Positions 18,040-28,120 are shown, counted from the first letter of the stretch. The stretch: 64,000 nucleotides of DNA from Acetobacterales bacterium (GCA_038323655.1 JBBQHE010000002.1:149-64148), one strand, 5' to 3'. Translations and numbers: made by a program. The notes: a model not told the origin generated them from the letters alone.

Positions 18040-19564
18040 CGTAACCGACCCCGCGCAGCGCCAGCCCCAGCGGACGTCCGTCGAGGTTCGCACCCTCGGT
18101 CAGCAGCGCCGGACTTTGCGGGTTGCGGATCTCGATGCCAACCGGCACGGGCAGGCCGGGCTTCAAGCCGAAGGGCAGCGGCAGGTCGATGAACGGATCC
18201 TGCGTCGGCCAACGCAGGGTCAGCGGGTGGCGCATCCGGCCCAGGGTCACGGCCACATGCAGGTCGGGAAGCCCTTCACTGACGGCGGCGTGGCCCAGGA
18301 AGCGGACCCGCCTGGCCTTTTCCGGTACGCTCAGCCAGAGGCTGGCCCGGTTGCCAAAGCTCCAGACCCCCCAGTCTTCCTGAATCCAGCCCTCGGTCAG
18401 CGCGACGCCGGGATAGGCGATGCCGCGGCTCAGCGCCACATGCGCCCCCGCCCGAGAAAGCGCGCGGGTCGCGCCCCCGCTCGGCCCGTGCGCTGCCAAC
18501 AGCCGAAGTGCATTCCCGACCTCCGCCGGGCAGAACACCGACTGTGCGCCCTCATCAGGCTCGGTCAGCAGCGTCCAGATCTGCGCCGCGGTCTCGGTCG
18601 GCGTCATGCGCGGGTCCCCCGCGTGCATTTCGGCGGTGGTGCCGCCAAGGCCCATGCCCTGCAGGCCCCAGATGTCGAGCAGCCGGGGGCGACTGTAGAG
18701 CGCGACATGCCGGCAGGCTGTCTGGGCCAGGATATCGCTGATGCCGCTGCGCACCGACACGGCGTGGCCAGCCGCCTCACAGAACGGGCGTAGCAGCGGG
18801 AAGGGCACGTCCACGGCCGCGGTGCCGGGCAGTGGAACCTCCTTCCCGGCGCAGGACGTCACGACCTGCCACCCCTCGGCCCGCGCTTCGACAGCGACCA
18901 GGCCGAGCGTTGCGGACCAGTCCATCACGAAGGATTGCGCATAGGGGAACAACACCAGCGTCCGCCCAGGGACCAGCCCGCTGTCGCGCAACAACGCCAG
19001 GGCCGCGGCGCGATCGTCGCGCCCGACCGGTGGCGGGACGGTGGCGGCGCAGGCTGGCAGGCGCAACACGCTCCGCATGACTTCGGTGTAGGAGAGGCGG
19101 CCGCCATCGACCAGCGTCTGCAACCGAAGCGGTGCCTGCGCCAGAACCCAGGGTTGCAGCAGCAGCATCCTGCCCGGCGCGAAGTCGAAGCGCCCGCGCA
19201 AGGTGTTCCAGGCCATCACATGCTCGACTGGCGGGCCGGCCAGGGGGGTCGCGATGTGCACGCTGTCGAGCACATGCATGAACATCGCGGCGACGGCAGC
19301 CTGGCCACGGGTCACCGTGATGAGCCGGATCGGTCGGCCTTCGGCGTGTTCCCGGCGGAAGGCTTCCATCAGCGACAGGGCGATGAACAGATCGCCATGG
19401 CGCATCATGTGCGACGTGAAGACCCATTCCTGCTCGGCGCCATGTTCGGCCCAAAGTCGGTCCAGGAGGGCGAAGGAGGCAGGTTCGGCGCGGGGCCCTT
19501 CGGTCATGCGGTCATTCGCTCCGGGTTCGCCGGCTGTTCTGTGGTCCCCGTCCGGCCGGGTCAA
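18035..19564 (-). CDS. Hypothetical protein: GT9 (heptosyltransferase)-like GT-B region plus an uncharacterised C-terminal beta-rich domain
   Basis: GDLFIALSLMEAFRREHAEGRPIRLI.. and ..RTLVLFPYAQS..W..EGWQVVTSCAGKE..VSVRSGISDILA.. resemble GT9 family layout. The C-terminal ~150 aa start GWIQEDWGVWSFGNRASLWL. The start is either TTG 19564 (overlapping the GNAT stop) or ATG 19507. Confidence 0.6.
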   Translation of the reverse strand: MTRPDGDHRTAGEPGANDRMTEGPRAEPASFALLDRLWAEHGAEQEWVFTSHMMRHGDLFIALSLMEAFRREHAEGRPIRLITVTRGQAAVAAMFMHVLDSVHIATPLAGPPVEHVMAWNTLRGRFDFAPGRMLLLQPWVLAQAPLRLQTLVDGGRLSYTEVMRSVLRLPACAATVPPPVGRDDRAAALALLRDSGLVPGRTLVLFPYAQSFVMDWSATLGLVAVEARAEGWQVVTSCAGKEVPLPGTAAVDVPFPLLRPFCEAAGHAVSVRSGISDILAQTACRHVALYSRPRLLDIWGLQGMGLGGTTAEMHAGDPRMTPTETAAQIWTLLTEPDEGAQSVFCPAEVGNALRLLAAHGPSGGATRALSRAGAHVALSRGIAYPGVALTEGWIQEDWGVWSFGNRASLWLSVPEKARRVRFLGHAAVSEGLPDLHVAVTLGRMRHPLTLRWPTQDPFIDLPLPFGLKPGLPVPVGIEIRNPQSPALLTEGANLDGRPLGLALRGVGYA

Positions 19565-20118
19565 GGCGGCGGCAGGCGCTGCCCCAACCAGACGGTCCTG
19601 GTCAGCCGGAACAGCAAATGGGGACGCAATAGATGGCCCTGGGGCAGGCGCGGATGGTCGAAGCCGCCCGCCGGTGCCATGCCCAGCCGGGCCATGAGGG
19701 CGAGCGAGCGGTGGTTGTCAGGCACGGTGAAAGCCAGGACTTCCGGCAGGCCGAGCAGACCGAAGCCTGCCGACAGCGCAAGCCGCGCTGCCTCCTCGGC
19801 AAGCCCCTGTCGCTGAAAGGCAGGCAGCAGGCGCCAACCGATCTCGACCGCGGGCGTGAAGGGCGCGGCCCAGGGGATGTGCGCCAGGCCGCAAAGCCCG
19901 GCCAGCATGCCTGTCCGGCGGTCGCGCACACCCCAGAAACCAAAACCGTGCTCGGCAAAATGCCGTGCGATCCAGTCCTGGAAGGCATCGCTCTCCGCCC
20001 GGTTAAGGGGGGCTGCGAAATGGCGCATCACATCGGGGTCGGCGTTCATCGCGGCAAAGGCCGGGCGGTCGGCCTCGGCCAGCGGTGCCAGCGTGATCCG
20101 GTGCCCGTGCAGGATCAT
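19561..20118 (-). CDS. GNAT family N-acetyltransferase (RimJ/RimL-like)
   Basis: ITLAPLAEADRPAFAAMNADPDVMRHF.., ..EIGWRLLPAFQRQGLAEEAARLAL... ATGA overlap with the upstream gene. Confidence 0.85.
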   Translation of the reverse strand: MILHGHRITLAPLAEADRPAFAAMNADPDVMRHFAAPLNRAESDAFQDWIARHFAEHGFGFWGVRDRRTGMLAGLCGLAHIPWAAPFTPAVEIGWRLLPAFQRQGLAEEAARLALSAGFGLLGLPEVLAFTVPDNHRSLALMARLGMAPAGGFDHPRLPQGHLLRPHLLFRLTRTVWLGQRLPPP

Positions 20119-20450
20119 GGCCAGGGTCGGGCCGGATCGGCCATTCGGCGCGGCACGAGCCAGGCGCGCGCCCAGAGCGGTCCGCGGCGGGTCACGATCC
20201 GCAGCGGGTGCAGTCGGTAGCAGGGACCTTCGTAAGCCGAAAGCCGGGCCAGGACGGCCGGTGCCGGGCGAAGCACCAGGCCGGCAACGCGGCCAGGCCC
20301 GGGCAGCAGCGTGGGAAAGGCCGTGGCGCGAAACGCGACGCGCCGCTGCCCGATGGCCCAGCCTGGCTCAGCGTCGCGTCGCCTGCCGCCGAACCTGGCC
20401 AGCACCGCCGGATCCAACAGCGTGCCGTACAGGAACAGCGGCCGCGGCAT
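20115..20450 (-). CDS. Gamma-glutamylcyclotransferase-like (AIG2/GGCT fold) protein
   Basis: The N-terminal LFLYGTLLDP motif and ..LSAYEG..Y.. are typical of the GGCT/AIG2-like fold; 111 aa. Confidence 0.7.
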   Translation of the reverse strand: MPRPLFLYGTLLDPAVLARFGGRRRDAEPGWAIGQRRVAFRATAFPTLLPGPGRVAGLVLRPAPAVLARLSAYEGPCYRLHPLRIVTRRGPLWARAWLVPRRMADPARPWP

Positions 20451-20465
20451 TCAGTGCCCCATTTT

Positions 20466-21881
20466 TTAGTGTCCGGCGTTCTCGCCCGAAAAATCCGGTG
20501 CGGTCAGGCCGCTGGCAATGACCTGTGCGGCGATCTGCGCCTTCAGTCGTTCCAGCCCTGCCTCGGACGACGCCTCGGCACGGGCCACCAGCACTGCCTG
20601 GGTGTTGGACGCACGCAGCAGCCACCAGCCGTCGTCGGACAGCACGCGCACGCCGTCGACCGCGTTGACCCGGGCACCTGCCTCAGCCAGCCGCTGCTTG
20701 ACTTCCGCCACGACCTCGAACTTGCGTTCGTCGGGGCAGTTGAAGCGCAGTTCCGGCGTGTTCAGCAGGACCGGAAAGGCATGCCGCACGTCGGACAATT
20801 TCTCCTTCATGCGGGCTACGATACCGAGCAGGCGGATCGCCGAATACGGGCCATCGTCGAAGCCGTACCACTTGTCGGCGAAGAAGACGTGGCCCGACAT
20901 TTCGCCGGCGAGCGGTGCGCCGGTTTCGGCCATTTTCGCCTTGATCAGCGAATGCCCGGTCTTCCACATCATCGGTGAGCCGCCGGCCTTGGCCACTTCG
21001 TCGAACAGCAACTGGCTGGCCTTCACATCGGCGATGATCGTGGCACCGGGGTTCTCGCGCAGCACGTCGCGCGCCAGCACCACCAGCAACTGGTCGCCGA
21101 AGAACATCACACCTTCATTGTCGACGATGCCGATGCGGTCGGCGTCACCGTCGAATGCGATCCCGAGGTCAGCGCCGGTTTCCCGCACCTTCGCGATCAT
21201 CTGCTCCAGGTTCTTCAGCACCGTGGGGTCCGGATGATGGTTCGGGAAATTGCCGTCGATCTCGCCATTGATGACGATATGCGTGCCCGGCAGGTGCTGT
21301 ACCATCTGCCGGGTGATCTCGGCACCCGAGCCATTGCCCGGATCCCAGACCACGGTCAGCTTGCGGTCCCCGCCGTCGTAGTCCTTCAGCATCCGGCGGA
21401 TGTAGTCGTCGCGCAGATCGACGCTGCCCTGGTTGCCGGGATGCTCCGACGCCACCACGTCGCCCGCCGCGGCCATGCGGCCGAGGGCCTGGATCTGCGC
21501 GCCGAAAAAGGGCTTCTTGCCCAGCATCATCTTGCAGCCGTTGTAGTCGGGCGGGTTGTGGCTGCCGGTGATCATCGCCGCACCATCGGCCTCCAGCGCA
21601 TAGGACGCGTAGTAGAGCATCGGCGTCGGGCCGCAGCCGACGCTGGTCACCTTGATGCCGCTGGCCATCAGCCCGTCGATCAGCGCCGCTTCCAGCATGG
21701 GCGACGACAGCCGCCCGTCGCGCCCTGTCACCACATGCCGGCCGCCGTTGCGCGCCACGATCGTACCGAAGACGCGGCCGATGGCGAAGGCATCCTCAGC
21801 CGAAAGGGTTTTGCCGACGATGCCGCGAATGTCGTACTCGCGCAGGGATGTCGGGTGGAATTCATGGCGAAAGCTGGTCAT
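20466..21881 (-). CDS. Phosphomannomutase/phosphoglucomutase
   Basis: ATG at 21881 ([23 protein letters not shown]..). Active-site [11 protein letters not shown], Mg loop FDGDADR, and GEMSGH. Confidence 0.9.
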   Translation of the reverse strand: MTSFRHEFHPTSLREYDIRGIVGKTLSAEDAFAIGRVFGTIVARNGGRHVVTGRDGRLSSPMLEAALIDGLMASGIKVTSVGCGPTPMLYYASYALEADGAAMITGSHNPPDYNGCKMMLGKKPFFGAQIQALGRMAAAGDVVASEHPGNQGSVDLRDDYIRRMLKDYDGGDRKLTVVWDPGNGSGAEITRQMVQHLPGTHIVINGEIDGNFPNHHPDPTVLKNLEQMIAKVRETGADLGIAFDGDADRIGIVDNEGVMFFGDQLLVVLARDVLRENPGATIIADVKASQLLFDEVAKAGGSPMMWKTGHSLIKAKMAETGAPLAGEMSGHVFFADKWYGFDDGPYSAIRLLGIVARMKEKLSDVRHAFPVLLNTPELRFNCPDERKFEVVAEVKQRLAEAGARVNAVDGVRVLSDDGWWLLRASNTQAVLVARAEASSEAGLERLKAQIAAQVIASGLTAPDFSGENAGH

Positions 21882-21894
21882 GCCTTGGGCTCTT

Positions 21895-23199
21895 TCAGGG
21901 ACGTCCGATGGAGGAGTAGCGGAACCCGGCTTCGCGCATCGCCACGGGGTCCCACACATTGCGCAGGTCACAGACCACGTCGCCGCGCATCGCGGCTTTC
22001 AGCCGGGTCGCGGGGAGCGAGCGGAACTCGTTCCATTCCGTCAGCAGCACCAGCGCATCGGCCCCGCGCATCGCCTCCATCGCCGTGTCGGCATAGGTGA
22101 CGGCAGCGGGCAGGGCCTGGCGCGCATGGCCAGGTTGGGGGTCGTAGGCGACGACCTCGGCTCCCGCCGCCACCAGCCGCGGCAGAATGGCGAGCGAGGG
22201 CGCGTCGCGCATGTCGTCCGTCTCGGGCTTGAAGGTCAGCCCCAGCACGGCGATGCGCTGACCGACAACATCGCCCCCCATCGCTGCGATGATGCGGTCG
22301 GCCATCGCATCCTTGCGCGCGTCGTTGACGGCGATCGTCGCCTCGACCAGGCGCAGGGGGGAGCCCGCATCCTGCGCCGTGCGCGCCATGGCCAGCGTGT
22401 CCTTGGGGAAACAGGAACCACCGTAACCCGGCCCGGGATGCAGGAACTTGCGCCCGATGCGGCCATCGAGGCCCATGCCGCGCGCCACGTCATGCACATC
22501 GGCGCCGACTTTTTCGCACAGGTCGGCGACTTCGTTGATGAAGGTGATCTTGGTCGCGAGAAAGGCGTTGGCGGCGTATTTGATCAACTCTGCCGTTTCG
22601 ATCCCGGTCTGCACCATCGGCGTCTCGATCAGGTAAAGCGGCCGGTAGAGCCGCCGCAATACCTGGAAGGCGCGTTCACTGTCGGCGCCGATGACAACGC
22701 GATCGGGGCGCATGAAATCGCCGATCGCATTGCCTTCGCGCAGGAACTCGGGGTTGGAGGCGACTTCGATGGCGAGGTCCGGCCGGGCCGCGCGCACCAC
22801 CGCCTTGATCTTCGCCCCCGTGCCGACCGGCACGGTCGATTTGGTCACCAGGATGAAGGGCGCCTCGGCCACGCGCGCCACCTGTTCGGCCGCGGCGAAG
22901 ACATAGGTGAGGTCGGCGTGGCCGTCGCCGCGCCGCGACGGTGTACCGACGGCCAGGAACACAGCCTCCGCCCCGCGCATCGCGGTGGCGACATCGGTGG
23001 TGAAGACCAGCCGCCCATCGGCGACGTTTTCCGTCACCAGCTTGTCGAGACCCGGTTCGTAGATCGGCATGATGCCGGCGCGCAGCGCGTCGATCTTGCC
23101 GGCATCCGTATCCACAACCGTCACATCGACGCCGAATTCGGCGAAGCAGGCACCGGAAACGAGGCCGACATAGCCGGCCCCAATCATGCAGATACGCAT
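21895..23199 (-). CDS. ugd: UDP-glucose 6-dehydrogenase
   Basis: [23 protein letters not shown].., ..GGSCFPKD.. (catalytic Cys), 434 aa. Confidence 0.9.
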   Translation of the reverse strand: MRICMIGAGYVGLVSGACFAEFGVDVTVVDTDAGKIDALRAGIMPIYEPGLDKLVTENVADGRLVFTTDVATAMRGAEAVFLAVGTPSRRGDGHADLTYVFAAAEQVARVAEAPFILVTKSTVPVGTGAKIKAVVRAARPDLAIEVASNPEFLREGNAIGDFMRPDRVVIGADSERAFQVLRRLYRPLYLIETPMVQTGIETAELIKYAANAFLATKITFINEVADLCEKVGADVHDVARGMGLDGRIGRKFLHPGPGYGGSCFPKDTLAMARTAQDAGSPLRLVEATIAVNDARKDAMADRIIAAMGGDVVGQRIAVLGLTFKPETDDMRDAPSLAILPRLVAAGAEVVAYDPQPGHARQALPAAVTYADTAMEAMRGADALVLLTEWNEFRSLPATRLKAAMRGDVVCDLRNVWDPVAMREAGFRYSSIGRP

Positions 23200-23200
23200 C

Positions 23201-24073
23201 TCAGATGTAGGTCTTCAGGAAGGTCTTCACCGCATCCGCCATTTCCGGCCGCTTCAGCGCGAAAGCGATTTGCGCCTCCAGGTAGCCGATCTTGTCGCCG
23301 CAATCGAAGCGCCGGCCTTCGTACAGCAGGCCGTGGAAGGGCTGCGTGCCGATCAGCTTGGCCATGCTGTCCGTGAGCTGGATCTCGTTGCCCGCGCCAC
23401 GCTCCATCTTGGCCAGGTGCGCGATCACCTCGGGCATCAGCACGTAGCGGCCGATCACGGTCAGGTTGGAAGGTGCCTTCTCGATCGGCGGCTTCTCAAC
23501 CAGGCCCTTGACCTCGACCAGATTGCCCCGGGTCGCACCGGGATCGATGACGCCATAGGAGGAGACACGCGCCATGGGCACTTCCTCCACCGCCACGACA
23601 TTCCCGCCGGTGGCGTAATAGGCATCGGCCAGTTGCTTCATGCACGACAGGTCGCATTGCATCAGGTCATCGGGCAGCAGGATGGCGAAGGGTTCGTCGC
23701 CGATGAAGGACCGCGCGCACCAGATGGCATGGCCGAGGCCGAGGGCCGATTGCTGCCGTGTCGAGATGATGGAGCCCGGCGGCAGCGCCTGGTCATGCAG
23801 CATCGCCAGTTCCCTGGTCTTGCCACGCTCGGTCAGGACGCGTTCCAGCTCGTAGGCGACATCGAACTGATCGACCAGCATGGTCTTGCCGCGGCCGGTG
23901 ACGAAGCAGAATTCCTCGATCCCGGCGGCGCGGGCTTCTTCCACCGCGTACTGGATCAGCGGCTTGTCCACGACCGGCAGCATTTCCTTGGCCATCTGCT
24001 TGGTGGCGGGCAGGAAGCGCGTGCCAAGGCCCGCCACGGGGAAGACGGCTTTCCTGAGCGGCTTGATCGTCAC
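23201..24073 (-). CDS. galU: UTP--glucose-1-phosphate uridylyltransferase
   Basis: KAVFPVAGLGTRFLPATKQMAKEMLPVVDKPLIQY... The likely GTG start at 24073 is preceded by GGAGG 8 nt upstream; the track ORF extends to 24115. Confidence 0.9.
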   Translation of the reverse strand: MTIKPLRKAVFPVAGLGTRFLPATKQMAKEMLPVVDKPLIQYAVEEARAAGIEEFCFVTGRGKTMLVDQFDVAYELERVLTERGKTRELAMLHDQALPPGSIISTRQQSALGLGHAIWCARSFIGDEPFAILLPDDLMQCDLSCMKQLADAYYATGGNVVAVEEVPMARVSSYGVIDPGATRGNLVEVKGLVEKPPIEKAPSNLTVIGRYVLMPEVIAHLAKMERGAGNEIQLTDSMAKLIGTQPFHGLLYEGRRFDCGDKIGYLEAQIAFALKRPEMADAVKTFLKTYI

Positions 24074-24144
24074 GGCGGCGGCCTCCGTTAGGCACTGGTC
24101 GGAAACCAGTCGCACGCCGTCCCCCCAACCGGCAAGGCGGGGGC

Positions 24145-24840
24145 TTAACCTCCGTCCAGAATGTCGCGCGCCTGGTTGATCCTGGCGGCCAGCCAGTCGC
24201 TGCCGCCGCGGTCCGGGTGGGCCTGGGCCATCAGTCGGCGGTGCGCCGCCTTGATCTGCTCGGGCGTCGCGGGGTCGGAAAGGCCGAGGATCGCCAGCGC
24301 CTCGGCGCGGTCCATCGGGCCGCCGGACGGGCGCTGTGGCGGGGCCTGGTCACGCCAGTCGGGAAAGGCGCGGTCGGCCCAGGCTTCCAGCAGCGGCACG
24401 CTTTCGGGGTCATTCACCTGGCAATCCGCGATCAGCGCCAGCAGGTCGGGCAGCGCCAGGTCGGCCAGGCCCTGGCCTGCCAGCGCGCCGCGCTTCACGC
24501 CGCCGGTCATCAAGCCGGTGTCGTGATCCAGGTTCATGGACAAGGTCGCGGTTTCAACCGCGCTGGCCCCCCCGGCGTTGGGCCGCCCGCCGCGCGAAAA
24601 GGTGCGGGCCTGCTGCCAGGACTGCCACCATCGCCAGACAAGGGGCCCGAAGAAGACCAGCGTGCCAAAGGCCTGGCCCGCGCGCCCGGTGATGATCAGT
24701 AGCGCGGCCACCACCAGCCCCAGCAACCCCAGAAGCCAGGCCCCGGCCTTGCGGACCGAGGCAACCGAAGCGGTTGCGAAGCCGCGCAGCAAGAGCAAAC
24801 CGGCGATCAGCCCGAGCCCGCCAATCGCCAGCCAGGCCAT
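24145..24840 (-). CDS. Membrane-anchored J-domain protein (Tim14/Pam18-like, TimB/DjlA-type)
   Basis: ATG at 24840 lies inside the 571-aa track ORF. Two N-terminal TM helices (MAWLAIGGLGLIAGLLLL.., ..WLLGLLGLVVAALLII) precede a C-terminal J domain ..ILGLSDPATPEQIKAAHRRLMAQAHPDRGGS.. carrying HPD. Confidence 0.8.
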   Translation of the reverse strand: MAWLAIGGLGLIAGLLLLRGFATASVASVRKAGAWLLGLLGLVVAALLIITGRAGQAFGTLVFFGPLVWRWWQSWQQARTFSRGGRPNAGGASAVETATLSMNLDHDTGLMTGGVKRGALAGQGLADLALPDLLALIADCQVNDPESVPLLEAWADRAFPDWRDQAPPQRPSGGPMDRAEALAILGLSDPATPEQIKAAHRRLMAQAHPDRGGSDWLAARINQARDILDGG

Positions 24841-25538
24841 CAGCGCGCCGGCGCCGGCAACTGCCCGGCGATCCGCGCGGCCGCCGGCCCCTTCAGTGCC
24901 GTCAGCGCCCGCCGGCCGCCAGCGGCGAAGACCGCAACGGCACGCAACAGGTCGCGCAGGGCCTCGGCGCTGGCCGTGTCGAAGGGCGCATAGGCGCCCC
25001 CTGAAACCTTGGCGATCTGACGAAAGGCGTTGGCCGCGATCGGGTGACCACCTTCGTGAAAGACAAAGACCGGCGTGCCGCGCAGGCCCAACTCGCCGGC
25101 AGCGTGGCACAGCGCGTCCACATCCTCTTCCACCGCGTCGCCGACGAAGACCAGGGCGTTGACGCGCGTCTTGGTGGTTTCCGCCAGCGCATGCTTCAGC
25201 ACCCGCAAAATCTGCGTCTGGCCGCCTAGGCAGCGCACGCCGGTCATGCGCCGGGTCATTTCCGCCGCATCCGTCAGGAAGGGCGTGCCGGCGAATTCCA
25301 TGAAGCCGCGGAAGTAGCAGAGTGAGACAGCCAGGCTGCCGACTTCCGCCGCCGCATGGAACATGCCGGCCTGCAGGTGGCAGGCCTGGTCCCAACTGGG
25401 CTGGCGGCTGGCGGTGGCGTCCAGGGCGAAGATCAGCCGCCCCGGCGCGCCGGCGGTGCGCACGGCGGGCAGGGTGGCGACCTTGGCCAGGAAGGCGGCG
25501 ACGGCGGGGTCGGTGCGTTTGGCGGGGGGCCCGGCCAT
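24840..25538 (-). CDS. VWA (von Willebrand factor A) domain protein
   Basis: The likely start is ATG 25538 (MAGPPAKRTD..). MIDAS-like LIFALDATAS, ..GGQTQI.., ..ALVFVGDA... The stop overlaps the J-domain gene start (ATGA at 24838-24842). Confidence 0.7.
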   Translation of the reverse strand: MAGPPAKRTDPAVAAFLAKVATLPAVRTAGAPGRLIFALDATASRQPSWDQACHLQAGMFHAAAEVGSLAVSLCYFRGFMEFAGTPFLTDAAEMTRRMTGVRCLGGQTQILRVLKHALAETTKTRVNALVFVGDAVEEDVDALCHAAGELGLRGTPVFVFHEGGHPIAANAFRQIAKVSGGAYAPFDTASAEALRDLLRAVAVFAAGGRRALTALKGPAAARIAGQLPAPAR

Positions 25539-25719
25539 GCGTCGGATATGGGGGCACCGAGTGACATGCGCCAGTCGCGCCGTGCGGCATGCGCCAGCGC
25601 TTCGCTCGGTTGCCGGGACATCCGGCAACCCTTGTGCCGGGTGCCTTCCTGTCGGGCAGCATAGTCTGCCCCGGTGCACGGGCGAAGGTGCGGAAGGCCG
25701 CCCGATCAACGGTCGCTGA

Positions 25720-25735
25720 TGGCATGGGAATTGCA
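25720..25735 (+). promoter_or_regulatory. Candidate sigma54-type -24/-12 promoter (TGGCAT-N5-TTGCA)
   Basis: aTGGCATgggaaTTGCAg matches TGGCAC-N5-TTGCW at 10 of the 11 consensus positions, with correct GG-N10-GC spacing. It lies 34 nt upstream of the SBP ATG (25769), and a GAGG RBS sits at 25758-25761. No enhancer-binding protein gene is in the window. Confidence 0.35.
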
Positions 25736-25768
25736 GCGTCTAGTGTTGCTAACGATCGAGGTTTTGCG

Positions 25769-26797
25769 ATGCTCACCCACCGACGTTCCCTGCTGCTGGC
25801 CGCGCCCGCCCTGATCGCAGCGGGCGGGCTTGGTGCCCAGACCATGCGCTTCCGCTTCAACCTCGGCTGGCGGGTGGAGGCCTCCGCCGCTGGCTTCCTG
25901 CTGGCGGCCGAGCGTGGCTATTACCGGGCCGAGGGCCTGGAGGTCGTGATCGACACCGGCAACGGGTCGTCGGGCGCCATCAACCAGGTGGCCGGTGGCG
26001 CCTATGATGGTGCCTCGGCGGACATGGCCTCGCTGATCCAGCACAATCTCGCCAATCCGGGCCGGCGGTTGGTGGCCGCCGCGATCCAATACGACAGCAA
26101 TCCCAATGCGCTGATCGTCAAGGCCGATTCGCCGATCCGCGCGCCCCGGGATTTCGTGGGCAAGAAGATCGTCGGCCAGCCCTTCAATGCCTCGCGTACC
26201 TTGTTCCCGATTTTTGCCCGCGCCCAGGGGTTCAGCCCTGACAGCGTGCAATGGCAATCGGTTGACCCGGCGCTCGGCAACCAGCTGTTCATTCGGGGCG
26301 AAGTCGACGCCGTGGCCTTCTTCTACTTCACCGGGTTGATCAACCTTTCGGCCGCGGGCGTGCCGCTCGATGCCATGCGAAGCTTCATCTATTCTGACTA
26401 CGGGCTGCGCGGCTACGGCAACGGGATTGTGGTCAATCCGCGTCTGGCAACCGACCAGCCCCGCGCGCTTGCTGGTTTTGTGCGCGCGACCACGCGCGGC
26501 TGGCTCGACTGCATCGCCGACCCGGTGGCAGGCGGGCGTGCGGTCAAGGCGCGCGAAGCCCTGGCGGACGAGGCGCTGGAGACGGCGCGCCTGCGCATGA
26601 TGACAACGGGCAGCATGGTCACCGCCGACACGCGCGCCAACGGCTGGGGTGCCGCGACACCCGCGCGGCTCCAGGCCACCATCGACGAGACGCTGCTGGC
26701 ATTCAACCTGACGGGCAGCCTGGCGCCGGCGGATATCTTCACCGATGGCTTCCTGCCGCCGCCCGCCGAACGTGCCTTGCGCGGCGCGGGGGGCTGA
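25769..26797 (+). CDS. ABC-type substrate-binding protein, NMT1/THI5-like (nitrate/sulfonate/bicarbonate family)
   Basis: ATG at 25769. Tat/Sec-like leader MLTHRRSLLLAAPALIAAGGLGAQ, then ..NLGWRVEASAAGFLLAAERGYYRAEGLEVVID... No permease or ATPase is adjacent. Confidence 0.75.
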   Translation: MLTHRRSLLLAAPALIAAGGLGAQTMRFRFNLGWRVEASAAGFLLAAERGYYRAEGLEVVIDTGNGSSGAINQVAGGAYDGASADMASLIQHNLANPGRRLVAAAIQYDSNPNALIVKADSPIRAPRDFVGKKIVGQPFNASRTLFPIFARAQGFSPDSVQWQSVDPALGNQLFIRGEVDAVAFFYFTGLINLSAAGVPLDAMRSFIYSDYGLRGYGNGIVVNPRLATDQPRALAGFVRATTRGWLDCIADPVAGGRAVKAREALADEALETARLRMMTTGSMVTADTRANGWGAATPARLQATIDETLLAFNLTGSLAPADIFTDGFLPPPAERALRGAGG

Positions 26798-26799
26798 GC

Positions 26800-27735
26800 G
26801 TGGACATCCCCCTGATCAGCCTGGCAGCGCCCGAGGCCGAGGTCTCCGCCGCGATCCGCGCCGCCTGCATGGCGCATGGCTTCTTTTACGTCCTCGACCA
26901 CGGCGTGCCGGCTGACCTTGTCGCCGCGCAATTCGCCTGGGCGGCGCGTCTGTTCGCCCTGCCGGAGGCCGACAAGCAGGCTGTCTCCCTGTTCAACTCC
27001 AGCGCCCGCCGGGGTTGGGAGGGGCTGGGCGCCCAGACGCTGGATGCAGCAGCCAAGCCCGATGCCAAGGAAAGCTTCTATTCCGGCCTGCATTACGGTG
27101 CGGATCACCCGTATGTGCAGGCGCGTCTCAACGGTTACGGCCCGAATCAATGGCCGCAAGGCCTGCCGGGGCTGCAGGCGCAGACCGAAGCCTATACCGC
27201 CGCCGTGCAGGCTCTGGCTGAACGCCTGATGCGCTACCTGGCGCGGTCGCTGGACCTGGCGCCCACCTATTTCGATGGCTTCATGGCCGACCCCATGCTG
27301 ACGCTGCGCATGGTGCGGTATCCGCCCCATCCACCCGCCGCCGGGGCCGATGTCTTCGGTGCCGGGGCGCATACGGATTGGGGGGCGATCACACTGCTGG
27401 CACAGGACGACATCGGTGGCTTGCAGGTGCAGGCCGCCGATGGTGCCTGGCTTCCCGCCGTGCCGGTGCCTGGCAGCTTCATCGTCAACCTGGGCGACAT
27501 GATCCCGCGTTGGACCAATGGCCGCTATCGCTCCAACCCGCATCGCGTGATCAATGCGAATGCGACCGGGCGCGACCGCTACTCCATCCCCTGCTTCTAC
27601 AGCCCAAATTTCTATGCACGCGTTGAGGCCGTTCCTGGAACGGTGCAGGAGGGCACCGAGCCGGTCTTCACCCCGTGCACGGCCGGCGAACACCTGGAGC
27701 AGATGTACCAGAAGACCTACGCGAAGGCCGCGTGA
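26800..27735 (+). CDS. 2-oxoglutarate/Fe(II)-dependent oxygenase (isopenicillin-N-synthase-like)
   Basis: N-terminal DIOX_N-like ..GFFYVLDHGVP.., facial triad AHTDWG ... NPHRV, and RxS (RDRYSIP). GTG start 3 nt after the SBP stop. Confidence 0.85.
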   Translation: MDIPLISLAAPEAEVSAAIRAACMAHGFFYVLDHGVPADLVAAQFAWAARLFALPEADKQAVSLFNSSARRGWEGLGAQTLDAAAKPDAKESFYSGLHYGADHPYVQARLNGYGPNQWPQGLPGLQAQTEAYTAAVQALAERLMRYLARSLDLAPTYFDGFMADPMLTLRMVRYPPHPPAAGADVFGAGAHTDWGAITLLAQDDIGGLQVQAADGAWLPAVPVPGSFIVNLGDMIPRWTNGRYRSNPHRVINANATGRDRYSIPCFYSPNFYARVEAVPGTVQEGTEPVFTPCTAGEHLEQMYQKTYAKAA

Positions 27736-28120
27736 CCCTGCGCGCCTTCGACGTCAACCTGTTCTGCGCCGACCCCGAGGCGCTCATGGGTTTTTATCGC
27801 GACCTGCTGGGCCTTGAAGAAGTGGTGGCCGCGCGTTCGCCCATCTATCGCGAGCTGCGGCTTGGGGCTGCGTCCCTCGGCTTCAACGCGACCGCCGCCT
27901 ATGGACTCCTGGACCTGGCGGATCGTGTGCCGACGGACCGCGGCGTGACCGCCTATGCCACCTTCCAACTGGAGGACGAGGCCGCCGTCGACGCCCTGGC
28001 GGCGCGCGTGCCTGCCTTGGGCGGACGCATCGTGAAGCCCGCCTACCGGACCTACTATGCCGCCTGGCAGGTGGTCGCCGAAGATCCGGACGGCAACGTC
28101 TTCCGCCTGAACCACGCAGG

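Noticed and set aside
16058-18093. 390-aa, 281-aa and 314-aa minus-strand ORFs
   Set aside because: All are antisense to the methyl-accepting chemotaxis protein gene, whose signalling-domain motifs are unambiguous. The sequences are Ala/Arg/Ser-rich mirror-frame products.
21652-23376. 574-aa plus-strand ORF
   Set aside because: It is antisense to pgm, ugd and galU, all of which have diagnostic active-site motifs.
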